Shown: positions 9,260 to 18,409 of the stretch, one piece after another
Layout: every line of letters starts with the position of its first letter
Numbering within the stretch: position 1 is the stretch's first letter
From: an uncultured Acidimicrobiales bacterium
GTDB lineage: Bacteria > Actinomycetota > Acidimicrobiia > Acidimicrobiales > CAVXTF01
Assembly: GCA_963801315.1 (NCBI GenBank)
Contig: CAWDEI010000002.1
Location: forward strand, 405,887-469,886
Direction of reading: 5' to 3'
Length of the DNA: 64,000 bases
The notes under the pieces: generated by a model
Told to the model about the DNA's origin: nothing
Databases searched by the model: none
The model's input: the letters and a program-made list of their open reading frames with translations, nothing else
Program-made: the position numbers and the translations under genes

Positions 9260-10361
9260 TCAACTCTTGCTCCCAGACCGAAAAGGAGACAAGCCATCGC
9301 TTCTCCCCGCTGCTCGGACCTCGAGCCCGGCAGTCGTTACTTCGACGGGGAGCACTCGGTAGCGCGGGTCCAGCGTTACGAGGTGATCGTCGAGCACCCT
9401 CTTCGCTTCACCGGTGGAGCTTAGGATCGTGACGGAGCCACCCTCACCGCCGGCCCCGTTGACCTTCCACCCGATCGCACCTCGAGAAGAAGCGGCCGCA
9501 ATGACCCGTGCTGCGTCCGTGCCCACTATCGCAGGGTGGAGACAGCGTTGAGCATCAGTGTTGGAAATCATCGCCCGACCGAAACCGTGGAGGTCCTGAG
9601 CAATCACCGCCCCACGTGCCGCGATCGCCGCGTCACGCAACAGCGTCAGCACGGGGGACGGCCGATCCGTCATCGTCTCGATGACCTGGCGGTGCATACT
9701 CGTAGAATCGTGCGAACGGCCGAGGTAGACGAGCGTAAGAAGAGAGCCGAGCTCCTTCCACGGCGGCAGTTCATGCACGATCGCATCCGGATAGCGATCG
9801 ATCTCGATGTAGTTGATCCCGCCGAAAGCTGCACTCAAATTGATCCTGTATTCCGCTCTCGATACCGAGGATGTCCACCTCCAGGCTGTGGGCCTTGTAT
9901 GCGACATCGCGGGCCGAAATGTGCCCGGATCGCAGGCCGGTCAATCCGCCTAGCAGCGCCACCGCGACAGCGGCCGAGGTCCCGGTACCGCATCCCGCGG
10001 GTACCCCTGAACGGATGCTGATCTCCACGGTGACGCCGGCTGGTGGTGGTAACGCGTCGACAGCTGCCTCGATCAGGGGGTGGCGAGGAACCCGGCGAAT
10101 GCCGGGAGCGATGGGGTACCGGTCGCCGAAATCCTCCACGTCCAACATCACGGGCTCGGGCCCCGCCGATTCGCGGACCGAGATGACGGCTCCCGGTCTC
10201 ACTGCGATGTTGAGGATCCGGCCGGGACCTCCGAACCAGGTGTCCGTCCATCCACCGTTGTCGCAGATCCGGATCGGAGCCGACGCCTCGATCAGCGAGC
10301 GAGCACTCCGGGATCTTGGTGGCCGTCGAGAGCGGTGATCCATCTCCACCAAGTGCACCAC
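9260..10361 (-). pseudogene. GHMP-family sugar kinase (HddA/galactokinase-like), one frameshift as sequenced
   Basis: The N-terminal half is in ORF 9771..10361 (APIRICDNGGWTDTWF; GHMP motif II SGVPAGCGTGTSAAVAVALLGGL; ...GIESGIQDQ). The continuation SAAFGGINYIEIDRYP...GWKVNGAGGEGGSVTIL is in ORF 9260..9907. The junction is at caatttgagtgcagct (about 9835-9840). Confidence 0.8.
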
Positions 10362-10396
10362 CTATCAAGGGGTCGCGGGTGACCACAGCGGGACGG

Positions 10397-11161
10397 CTAA
10401 GCAGAGAGATGCTCAGCCAGGAACACGAGAGAAGGCGGCTCCTGCTCTGTGAAGAACGGACCGGTGTGGCACCCCTTTGAGAATACGGTGACCGAACCGG
10501 GCGGGAGGGCCCTTGCCAACGCTTGAACACCTGGGTGGAAGGGGTCGGAGTTGCCCGATGTGACTCGCACCGGGATCCCCGACAATGAGCTCGCGTGAGT
10601 CACTGCATCGTCTGCTTCGAAGTCGGCCGCCGAGGCGTACGCGTCCCGGTTCACACTCTGTGCCTGGTCGTAGCTGGTCCAGATTGCCGGGCTGATCGCC
10701 GCTACGGCGTCGACGAGCTGTGGGTATTTCTCCGCGAGGAGGATCGCGCCGTAGCCTCCCATCGAGATTCCCATCGTTCCGATCCGGTCCAGGCCCAGTC
10801 CCCGCTGCCGGCACATCGGAATGATCTCGTCGACGATCATGGCCATGGGGTCATCGCCGGGGTGAGCATTCCAGTATCCCTCGCCACCGTCCGCCGTCAC
10901 CATTGCCATCGGGAGAAGGGGCACACGGTCCGAGAGGAGAGCCAGAGCCTGCGCCGGCGACATGCCCGCCAAGGCGTCGCTGTGGTTGCCGCCTTCACCG
11001 TGCAGCATCACCACCAGCGGAAGCGCCATTCCCGGGCCGTGATGGGGCGGGTAGGCGATCGTGTAACCGACCGTCCGACTGCGCGCGTGCGAGTAGAACG
11101 ATCCGGAGATCGACGGTCCGGGTGATTCGAACGTCAGCACCGTGCTCGATACGGAGCACAC
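10397..11161 (-). CDS. Esterase/alpha-beta hydrolase (esterase D / antigen-85-like putative esterase family)
   Basis: PLVVMLHGEGGNHSD...GTMGISMGGYGAILLAEKYPQLV (GxSxG nucleophile elbow). The same frame stays open upstream to 11338 and encodes a Tat-like leader NRRRFLAYGLGGTVVVVGGGATVL without any ATG/GTG/TTG (see findings). Confidence 0.8.
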   Translation of the reverse strand: MCSVSSTVLTFESPGPSISGSFYSHARSRTVGYTIAYPPHHGPGMALPLVVMLHGEGGNHSDALAGMSPAQALALLSDRVPLLPMAMVTADGGEGYWNAHPGDDPMAMIVDEIIPMCRQRGLGLDRIGTMGISMGGYGAILLAEKYPQLVDAVAAISPAIWTSYDQAQSVNRDAYASAADFEADDAVTHASSLSGIPVRVTSGNSDPFHPGVQALARALPPGSVTVFSKGCHTGPFFTEQEPPSLVFLAEHLSA

Positions 11162-11328
11162 GCCGTCGAGCTCATCGAGCTCCTGCTGTCCTGGGAGGAC
11201 GCCGTGAGATATGAGCTCGAGGACGGTTGCGCCGCCACCTACGACGACAACCGTCCCCCCGAGACCGTACGCGAGGAAGCGACGCCTGTTGAACCGTTGC
11301 GCGGCTTCGTCAGTCGAGCCCTGCAGTG

Positions 11329-11886
11329 TCAGTCCCCGTCAGCTGCCTTGAGGACGCCGCCGACGCCGGCGTCCACGGTCCACAGCTCCGGCGACAAATG
11401 GTGCTCCGCGGCCCAGGACACCGTGAGCTCCTCACTCCCGGCGTGCTCGAGCAGGTCGGCACCCAAGCTGTCGTGCGTGAGGTAAAGGCCGACTCGTGCC
11501 CGCAGCGAGGGCCGCTCGGTGCCCGCAGCAGCACCGGCCCAGTGCAATACCCGCGACCTTCCGAAGATGATCGCCGCGAAGGTGACCCCGACGCGAGCGA
11601 AGGTCCCGAACGATGACTCGACCTTGCCCACATCGTGCAGAAGGGCTGCAGCGACGATGTCGCGGCTCACTTGTTCCGAACCGAGGAGACGAATCGAGTC
11701 CCTCGCCACACCGACAGCATGGCGCCGGTCTGGTCCCGACATGCGATGCCAGAGCTCGCGCTCGCCGATGAGCAATTGATCCAACGCCCATGACTCGTCG
11801 GCAGGCCGCGGGCCCATCGGCATGAGCGCCACGAAGAAGCGACCCGACAAATGGCGCCACGAGCCGAATCCGCCGCTCTTTTCCAT
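11329..11886 (-). CDS. HD-domain (metal-dependent phosphohydrolase) protein
   Basis: 185 aa with AALLHDVGKVES...YLTHDSLGADLL (HD signature). Confidence 0.7.
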   Translation of the reverse strand: MEKSGGFGSWRHLSGRFFVALMPMGPRPADESWALDQLLIGERELWHRMSGPDRRHAVGVARDSIRLLGSEQVSRDIVAAALLHDVGKVESSFGTFARVGVTFAAIIFGRSRVLHWAGAAAGTERPSLRARVGLYLTHDSLGADLLEHAGSEELTVSWAAEHHLSPELWTVDAGVGGVLKAADGD

Positions 11887-12057
11887 GCCGGCCCACGCTA
11901 GTGCGGGTATGCATGGCGCCAGGCTGCCACTCCTGTCGATCAGGAGCGAGCATTGCGGACTTCAACTTCCGTCAGATCCACTGTGCGTAGATTTGGGGTG
12001 TCTCCTGCGGGGGGCGTTCGGACAACTGCGAAGAGACCGCCCGACCGGAGGTGGATA

Positions 12058-12672
12058 GTGGAGCACTTTCTCGAGACCTGGGGCTACGCCGCAGTCTTCG
12101 TCTTGAGCTTCATCTCTGCGATGGGTCTGCCGGTCGGCTCCGAGCTGGCCGTCATATACGGCGGGGTGCTTGCCAGCGGCCAGATCCCCAACGAGCCTCA
12201 CCACCTCAACCTGGCCGTCGTGATCGTCTTGGCTGTCTTGGCCGAGGTCCTGGGGTCGTCCACCGGCTACCTGATCGGCCTCTACGGCGGGCGTCCGTTG
12301 GTGGATCGGTTCGGAAAGTACGTCCTTCTCACCCACAAGGACCTCGATCGGGCCGAGGCTTGGTTCAACCGTCATGGTGAGCCACTCGTGCTGTTCGGGC
12401 GATTCATCCCGCTGCTTCGCTCCTTTGTTTCCTTCGCTGCTGGGCTGGGGGAGATGGCAGTGGGGAAGTTCGTGATGTTCACGGTCGTCGGATGTGCAAT
12501 CTGGTGCGCGGCCTTGGCGAGCCTGGGCTATGCCCTCGGATCGAGCTACAACCACGTCTTGAAGGCTTTCAGCGACGCGGGTTACGCGTTGGGTGCGCTG
12601 GCGGTGATCGCGGTGGCCCTGCTCTTCGTCCATCGTGTCCGGGTCGTGCGCGAGGAACGGCAAAGGGCGTGA
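12058..12672 (+). CDS. DedA/SNARE-associated family membrane protein
   Basis: VEHFLETWGYAAVFVLSFISAMGLPVGSELAVIYGG...GRFIPLLRSFVSFAAGLGEM. GTG 12058 has GGAGG 7 nt upstream. Confidence 0.85.
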   Translation: MEHFLETWGYAAVFVLSFISAMGLPVGSELAVIYGGVLASGQIPNEPHHLNLAVVIVLAVLAEVLGSSTGYLIGLYGGRPLVDRFGKYVLLTHKDLDRAEAWFNRHGEPLVLFGRFIPLLRSFVSFAAGLGEMAVGKFVMFTVVGCAIWCAALASLGYALGSSYNHVLKAFSDAGYALGALAVIAVALLFVHRVRVVREERQRA

Positions 12673-12691
12673 GCATCCGCCTCAGGGCACG

Positions 12692-13705
12692 ATGAGCCCG
12701 ATGAGAGGCCCGTTCGTGAGAGTGAGAATCGGGTTGGGGGCCCTCGCGCTCGTGATCGTGGCGGGCACCTTGGGATACATCGGCTTCGGTTTCGGATTCC
12801 TCGATTCCCTCTACCAGACCGTCTCGACGATCACGACGGTGGGTTTCAACTCGCCGCATTCGCTCGACGCGGGCAGCAAGGCCTTCACGATCGTCTTGAT
12901 CCTGGTGGGTGTGGGAACCGCGCTCTACACCTTCTCGGCGGTATTGGAGATTCTCATCGAGGGCCATATGAGAGACCTCGTCAGGAGGCGCAAGATGGAG
13001 CGGGACATCGACAGAATGTCCGGGCACGTCATCGTCTGTGGCTGGGGGCGGGTAGGACGCGAAGTGGCCCGGTTCCTTGCCAGCGCCCGGCGCCAGGTCG
13101 TGGTCGTCGACCGCGATCCTGGTCGGTTGGGTGAGGTGCCGTACGCATCGGTGCACGGGGACGTCACCGAAGACGAGACACTGCTGCGCGCGGGCATAGA
13201 GCGCGCAGCGACGCTCGTGGCTGCGCTCGACACCGACGCAGACAACCTCTACGTCACGGTCGCCGCCAAGTCGATGCGACCGGATCTGCAGATCATTGCG
13301 CGCGCCCGCAACGAGTCCTCCGAGCCGAAGCTCGTACGTGCCGGAGCGGACCGCGTGGTGAACCCGCAGCATCTCGGCGGCGACCGCATGGCGTCGTTCG
13401 TCACGCAGCCGCACGTCGTGGACTTCGTCGACATCGTCATGCACGACGGGACCCTGGAGTTCCGCCTCGAGGAGCTCGCTGTGTCAGCCGCGTCGCCACT
13501 TTCAGGAATGACCCTGCGTTCCACACATATACGCGACCGAACCGGGGCACTGGTATTGGCCATCCGGCGGTCCGACGGCGCGTTCCTCACGAACCCGTCG
13601 CCCGAGGACGTGATCGAAGCAGGCGACGTGCTCATAAGTGTCGGGACGGCCGAGCAGCTCGGATCGCTCTCCCAGTACGTTGGCGGTCCGCGAGGACCGA
13701 ACTGA
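12692..13705 (+). CDS. Two-TM ion channel with RCK (TrkA-N plus TrkA-C) gating domains
   Basis: TM1, pore helix/filter LDSLYQTVSTITTVGFNS, TM2, then HVIVCGWGRVGREVARFL (Rossmann GxGxxG) and a C-terminal TrkA-C-like segment (GMTLRSTHIRDRTGALVLAIRR). Confidence 0.85.
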   Translation: MSPMRGPFVRVRIGLGALALVIVAGTLGYIGFGFGFLDSLYQTVSTITTVGFNSPHSLDAGSKAFTIVLILVGVGTALYTFSAVLEILIEGHMRDLVRRRKMERDIDRMSGHVIVCGWGRVGREVARFLASARRQVVVVDRDPGRLGEVPYASVHGDVTEDETLLRAGIERAATLVAALDTDADNLYVTVAAKSMRPDLQIIARARNESSEPKLVRAGADRVVNPQHLGGDRMASFVTQPHVVDFVDIVMHDGTLEFRLEELAVSAASPLSGMTLRSTHIRDRTGALVLAIRRSDGAFLTNPSPEDVIEAGDVLISVGTAEQLGSLSQYVGGPRGPN

Positions 13706-13713
13706 ACACCCCG

Positions 13714-14667
13714 ATGCCAGCGAAGCGCACGTGGCATACCTGTTTCTCGGCGCTCGTCGCATCCGCGCTGCTAGCGGGCTGTGCGTCGTCGGCAGGGTCG
13801 ACGGCGACGCGGTCTGCCGGCACCACGTCGACGACCACCATCGCTGTGGCGGTACCAGCGAACATCCTGGATGCACGAGTCAACGTCGCAATGACGGCGG
13901 CAGGCCCGGTGGGTTACCGGGAGGTGGGTCGAGGCAGCCCTCTGCTGCTCATCACCGGCTTCAGCGCCAGTATGGACGACTGGCCTCCGGCTTTCGTCGA
14001 CGCGCTGGCTTCCCGTCACCGGGTCATCATCTTCGACAATGCCGGAGTGGGAGACACCGGCCGGACGAGCAGCGCTCTCACGATTACGGCAATGGCGAAC
14101 CAGACAAGCGCACTGATCTCGAGCCTCGGTCTGCGTAGCACGGCCGTGCTCGGATGGTCGATGGGCGGCATGATCGCCCAGGAACTTGCAGTGCTGCATA
14201 CCTCGCAGGTCAGCAGCCTCGTGCTCGCAGCGACACAAGCCGGAACCGGCACGGCCCTCCCGGTGCCGTCCGCAGCCGCGGCGGATGCGGCCAGTACGAA
14301 CCCGGCAAGAGTCCTGAGCGTCCTCTTCCCGGCCGACGAGAGCGCCGCCGAGCAGGCTTACGTGAAAGGAATCCTTCAGTATCCCGGGTATTACGAGGCG
14401 CCGACATCTGTGAAGTCGGCCCAAAGTCGCGCGATCCAGGATTGGCTCGATCGGATCGATCCGGCTGGCGCGCTCGTCAAGGATCTCCGGATTCCGACCC
14501 TGGTCGCTGACGGCACTGCCGACGCCCTCGATCCGGTCGCGAACGACCGGCTCTTGGCCAGGATCATCCCGGACGCGCAGCTCGCACTCTATCCGTACGC
14601 CGGGCATGGATTTCTGTTCCAAGATGCGGCGGTGTTCGTCGCCCGCGTCGATGAGTTCCTCGGTTAG
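13714..14667 (+). CDS. Alpha/beta hydrolase lipoprotein
   Basis: Lipobox signal FSALVASALLAGCASS. Hydrolase core is LLLITGFSASMDDW...AVLGWSMGGMIAQELA. Confidence 0.8.
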   Translation: MPAKRTWHTCFSALVASALLAGCASSAGSTATRSAGTTSTTTIAVAVPANILDARVNVAMTAAGPVGYREVGRGSPLLLITGFSASMDDWPPAFVDALASRHRVIIFDNAGVGDTGRTSSALTITAMANQTSALISSLGLRSTAVLGWSMGGMIAQELAVLHTSQVSSLVLAATQAGTGTALPVPSAAAADAASTNPARVLSVLFPADESAAEQAYVKGILQYPGYYEAPTSVKSAQSRAIQDWLDRIDPAGALVKDLRIPTLVADGTADALDPVANDRLLARIIPDAQLALYPYAGHGFLFQDAAVFVARVDEFLG

Positions 14668-15254
14668 ATCCCGCCCGCATCCCGCGCGGCGCTCTCCAAC
14701 CTGTTGCGGTAGTCCTCCCACCATTGCCGGTCGCCGGCAGGCATGTTGTCGTTGCCCTCGCGTAGGCCGGCAGAGCCGTCGATGAGCTCGCGAACGATGT
14801 CGGCTTGACCGGCATGACGATTGGTCTCGGCGATCACGTGCACGAGGATGCGGTGCAGGGTCACCTCGCTGCGGCCTTCGGGCCACCATCGCACACGACC
14901 GATCGCGTCGAGCGTCAGCGCGTCGATCGTCGCGTCCGAGTGTCCCCATGCACGGTGGTAGAGCCCGACGATCTGGTCTCGGGACTCGTCTGCGGTGGCC
15001 CACATGTCCGCGTTGGGCTCGGCGTCATCCTCGAACCAGGGCAGCGGCTCGTCGGAAGGCCGGCCGAAGGTCTCGCCGAAATATCCGAGCTCGACACTCG
15101 CCACGTGCTTTACGAGGCCGAGCAGGTTGGTTCCGGTTGGCACCATCGGACGGCGAATGTCGTACTCCGACAGCCCGTCGAGCTTCCATAACAGGGCGTC
15201 TCGAGCGGTCTGCAGGTACCTGTGGAGGTCGTCTTTCGGATCTGGCGCTGTCAT
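14664..15254 (-). CDS. DinB-superfamily protein (DUF664 type)
   Basis: MTAPDPKDDLHRYLQTARDALLWKLDGLSEYDIRRPMVPTGTNLLGLVKHVASVELGYF. The stop overlaps the end of the convergent hydrolase gene. Confidence 0.7.
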   Translation of the reverse strand: MTAPDPKDDLHRYLQTARDALLWKLDGLSEYDIRRPMVPTGTNLLGLVKHVASVELGYFGETFGRPSDEPLPWFEDDAEPNADMWATADESRDQIVGLYHRAWGHSDATIDALTLDAIGRVRWWPEGRSEVTLHRILVHVIAETNRHAGQADIVRELIDGSAGLREGNDNMPAGDRQWWEDYRNRLESAARDAGGI

Positions 15255-15327
15255 GCAGAGAGCCTGCCATCCAGGGACACGGCCGAGGAGTCGCGGGCAC
15301 TCTCTTGGGGATCGACCCCGCAAGCGC

Positions 15328-17463
15328 CTATTTCAGGGTGAAGATGCCGATGCTCGTCACGGTCCCTCCAACCGACGTCGTGACACTGATTCGTCCGGTG
15401 GTCGCTCCCGCCGGCACATCCACCGTGATCATCGTGTGCGTGTCGGACTTGATGACAGCCGGAGTGCCGTTGAAGCTCACCGATGTCGCCCCTGAGAGCT
15501 TGGAACCGTTGATGGTCACGAGCTTCCCGGCCTTGGCCTTGGCCGGCGAGAAGCTCTTGATCTTCGGATTTCCCCTGGTGCTGTAGGCACCGATGTCGCA
15601 TGGCACCTTCCTCTTCGCACCCCGCTGGTCGGGGTTGGGGCAGTCCGCCGAAGGCACGACCTTCTTTATCGCGGGGCTGCCCGCCAGCAGCGGAACCGTC
15701 TCGGTCGGGCCGCCGTTAGGAGTGAGCGCTCCGAGGGTGGAATCGAGTGTGTGCGAGTCGCTGATGCTGGGTGAGGCGAACCCGCACGACCCGTCGTCGT
15801 CGATGTTGTAGCCGCTGTCGCTGACGTGACCGGAGCAGTCGCCCCCGGCAAAGGTCGCGGCGACGATCGTGGCCGTGAGCTTGGTAGTGGATCCTGCCGG
15901 ATCGATCCCGCCTCCGACCCCGTTCGAACCGTCGGTTCCCGAATCATCGGTTCCAGTAGCGCCGGAGCCGCCGGGGTTGACGTCGTTGTACGCGACGGTG
16001 TCGTTGGCGAGGGTCGCGCCACCCGAGGCGTAGATCCCGCCGCCGCTTCCGCCGTTGCCGCCATTGCCGCCGGCGAACCCTTCACCGGTGTCGCCGTTGG
16101 CTCCGCCTCCCGTCTCGTTACCCGCGACGGTGTCGTTGCCGAGTGTGAGAGTTGCCCCCGAGTAGATCCCGGCCCCGTTTCCTCCATTGCCGCCGCTGTC
16201 GCCGATCGACTCGCTCCCGGGTCCGCCGGCACCGCTGCCGGTGTAGTTGTCCGAGACGTTGGAGCTGCTGATGCTCGAGCCCCCCGCCGAGTAGATCCCC
16301 CCGCCGTTCCCACCGCTGCCGCCGGAGCCGCCGCCGTTCAAGCCGCCTGCGCCGCCGCCCGCCCCGGTGCTGTCGTCAGAGATCGTGGAGTCGCTCACAT
16401 TGGCGGTACCCGAGCTGGTGTTGAGGATGCCGCCGCCGTTCCCGCTGGAGCCGCCACCCCCGGCGTCGCCTCCTGCGTCGCTCCCGGTCCCGCCGGGGCC
16501 CGTGGCGTCGTTCGTCGCGGTGTCGAGCCTCATCGTGAGCGTTCCCGAGTTGTAGATCCCGCCTCCGCCTCCGCTCGAACCGCCGGAGCCGCCGAAGGCG
16601 GCGTCACTGCTCGGGGCCGCTCCTCCGGCTCCCGTGGTGTCGTCCGACAGGGTGGAACCGGTGAGAGTGAGCGTCCCCGAGCTGTAGATCGCGGCGCCGT
16701 TCCCACCGCTGCCGCCGGAGCCGTCGGTCAGGTCGCCACCTCCGCCGGTACCTCCTTCTCCGGTGGAGTTGTCCGAGATCGTCACGTTCGTGAGGGTGAG
16801 CGTTCCGGTGCTGTAGATCCCGCCCCCGTCACCGCCGTTCCCGCCGTCACCACCTGTGGCTGACGAGTCGGGACCCGAGTTCCCATAGCCTCCCGCACCC
16901 CCTGATCCGGTGGAGTTCCCAGTGACGACGTCGTTTGTGAGCGTGAGATTGCCCGAGTTGTAGATCCCGCCGCCGTCACCACCGTTCCCGCCAGGGCCGC
17001 CATCTTGCTGATCGACCGTCGTGCCGACCTCGCCCGCTGTGGTCGCGCCGTCCTCGATGGTGAGGCCCGAGATGACCACCGCCCCGGAGACGACGTCGAA
17101 GACCTCGGTCGTCCCGCCGCCGCTGACCGACAGCGCTGCCTGCCCGGGACCGTCGATCGAGAGGTTCTCGGCGATCTCGACCGGACCGGTAATCGTGATG
17201 AGGGAGCAACTCGGAGAAAGATCGAAATTGATCGCGTCGCCTGCCGGGGCGCGCTGCACCTCGTACGGCAGCGAGCCCGCCATCGTGGGCGAACCCGAGC
17301 AGTTGGTCACCGTCTCGGTTGCGGCCGAGGCTGTCTGGGTGGAGGACACCGTCGCACCGGCGATGACAGAGCCACCGAGTGAGACCACCGCCAACAGGTG
17401 TCCGAGGCTCTTGCGCTCACCCCGTCGCGCCATCGGCGCGCGAAATCCTGCCCCCTTGCTCAC
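15328..17463 (-). CDS. Secreted Gly-rich right-handed beta-helix repeat protein with C-terminal IPT/TIG domain
   Basis: Signal-like N-terminus (SLGHLLAVVSLGGSVIAGATVSSTQTASA). About 10 repeats of GGxGGxGGGIY(N/S)xGxLTLxxxT(V/I)xxN (Pmp/GGAI-FxxN-like). A choice-of-anchor-Q-like segment reads TPNGGPTETVPLLAGSPAIKKV...DQRGAKRKVPCDIGAY. The IPT-like tail is PKIKSFSPAKAKAGKLVTINGSKLSGATSVSFNG. GTG 17463 has GGAAGGAG 8 nt upstream (alternative ATG 17433). Confidence 0.75.
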   Translation of the reverse strand: MSKGAGFRAPMARRGERKSLGHLLAVVSLGGSVIAGATVSSTQTASAATETVTNCSGSPTMAGSLPYEVQRAPAGDAINFDLSPSCSLITITGPVEIAENLSIDGPGQAALSVSGGGTTEVFDVVSGAVVISGLTIEDGATTAGEVGTTVDQQDGGPGGNGGDGGGIYNSGNLTLTNDVVTGNSTGSGGAGGYGNSGPDSSATGGDGGNGGDGGGIYSTGTLTLTNVTISDNSTGEGGTGGGGDLTDGSGGSGGNGAAIYSSGTLTLTGSTLSDDTTGAGGAAPSSDAAFGGSGGSSGGGGGIYNSGTLTMRLDTATNDATGPGGTGSDAGGDAGGGGSSGNGGGILNTSSGTANVSDSTISDDSTGAGGGAGGLNGGGSGGSGGNGGGIYSAGGSSISSSNVSDNYTGSGAGGPGSESIGDSGGNGGNGAGIYSGATLTLGNDTVAGNETGGGANGDTGEGFAGGNGGNGGSGGGIYASGGATLANDTVAYNDVNPGGSGATGTDDSGTDGSNGVGGGIDPAGSTTKLTATIVAATFAGGDCSGHVSDSGYNIDDDGSCGFASPSISDSHTLDSTLGALTPNGGPTETVPLLAGSPAIKKVVPSADCPNPDQRGAKRKVPCDIGAYSTRGNPKIKSFSPAKAKAGKLVTINGSKLSGATSVSFNGTPAVIKSDTHTMITVDVPAGATTGRISVTTSVGGTVTSIGIFTLK

Positions 17464-17566
17464 AGTCCCGCTCCTTCCTATCCCCCCCTCGGAGCGGCCA
17501 CCTGTCACGGACGACCACCGAGGAACAACTTTTCGCCAATGCAATGGTACAGCGGATGGAGGCGGG

Positions 17567-18409
17567 TCAGCCCATCTTTGCGATGAGGACCTCGACAGAC
17601 ATGGTGTTGTCGGCGTTACCTGCGTAAACGCCCTTGACCGGGGGGACGTCGGAGTAGTCGCGCCCGCGGGCGACCATCACGTGACGGGGTCCCACATCGA
17701 TGGCATTCGTCGGGTCGAAGGGCCACCAGCCTCCTGACCACGCCTCGATCCACGCGTGGCTCTCGCCCGAGACGTGCTCGGCGATCTCGGCGTCGGTGCG
17801 TGGGTGGAGGTACCCCGACACGTAGCGTGCGGGCACCCCGGCCGCCCGCAGCAGGGCAAGCGACAGATGGGCGAAGTCCTGACAGACACCTCTGCCGGCA
17901 TGCGCCGCGTCGGATGCCGAAGTCTGGACGCCCGTGACCCCTGGAACGTACTCGAGCTTGTCGTGAACCCAGGCCACCGCGGCGTCGACGGTCGCCAAGG
18001 GCGAATCTGCCCTCAGCTCACCTGCCACGGACGTAAGTTCTGCGTCCGGCGCCGTCTGGTCTGTCGGAGCCAGGTACTCGGAGAAACTGTCGTGTGCCGC
18101 CTCAACTTCTGACCATCTTGCGGTCGGTCGCGTCTCCGGTGGCTTGGTCTCGACCAGCGACGAGCTCGTGATCTGCAGATCGAGGTGACCCTGGTCGATG
18201 TTGAAGGCCACGACCTGGGTCCCGAAGTAGTCCCAGTACGTGTACTGGGCGGCATGCGGTGTGGTTGCGAGCTTCGCTTCGAGCCGCGTCTGGCGGCTGT
18301 TGCTCTGAGGGACGACGCGCACCTCGTTGTAAGAGGCGAACGCGGGATCTGAGTACCGGAAGCGCGTGATGTGCTCGGTCTTTATCCGCCAACCTCTTCC
18401 TTCGCTCAC
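17567..18409 (-). CDS. Transglutaminase-like family protein (Bact_transglu_N plus TGase core)
   Basis: WRIKTEHITRFRYSDPAFASYNEVRVVP...GRGVCQDFAHLSLALLRAAGVPARYVSGYLHP (Cys-His core). GTG 18409 overlaps the stop of the alpha-E gene (GTGA). Confidence 0.85.
   Translation of the reverse strand: MSEGRGWRIKTEHITRFRYSDPAFASYNEVRVVPQSNSRQTRLEAKLATTPHAAQYTYWDYFGTQVVAFNIDQGHLDLQITSSSLVETKPPETRPTARWSEVEAAHDSFSEYLAPTDQTAPDAELTSVAGELRADSPLATVDAAVAWVHDKLEYVPGVTGVQTSASDAAHAGRGVCQDFAHLSLALLRAAGVPARYVSGYLHPRTDAEIAEHVSGESHAWIEAWSGGWWPFDPTNAIDVGPRHVMVARGRDYSDVPPVKGVYAGNADNTMSVEVLIAKMG

Noticed and set aside
13771-15003. 410-aa minus-strand ORF
   Set aside because: It is antisense to the alpha/beta hydrolase lipoprotein gene and extends into the DinB-family gene in a different reading frame. 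It is Arg-rich shadow sequence.
15600-17200. Strong short-period repetition, checked as a possible CRISPR array or non-coding satellite
   Set aside because: The periodicity is the codon-level GGN repeat of the beta-helix protein inside one long ORF. There is no repeat/spacer alternation of constant repeat sequence and there are no cas genes.
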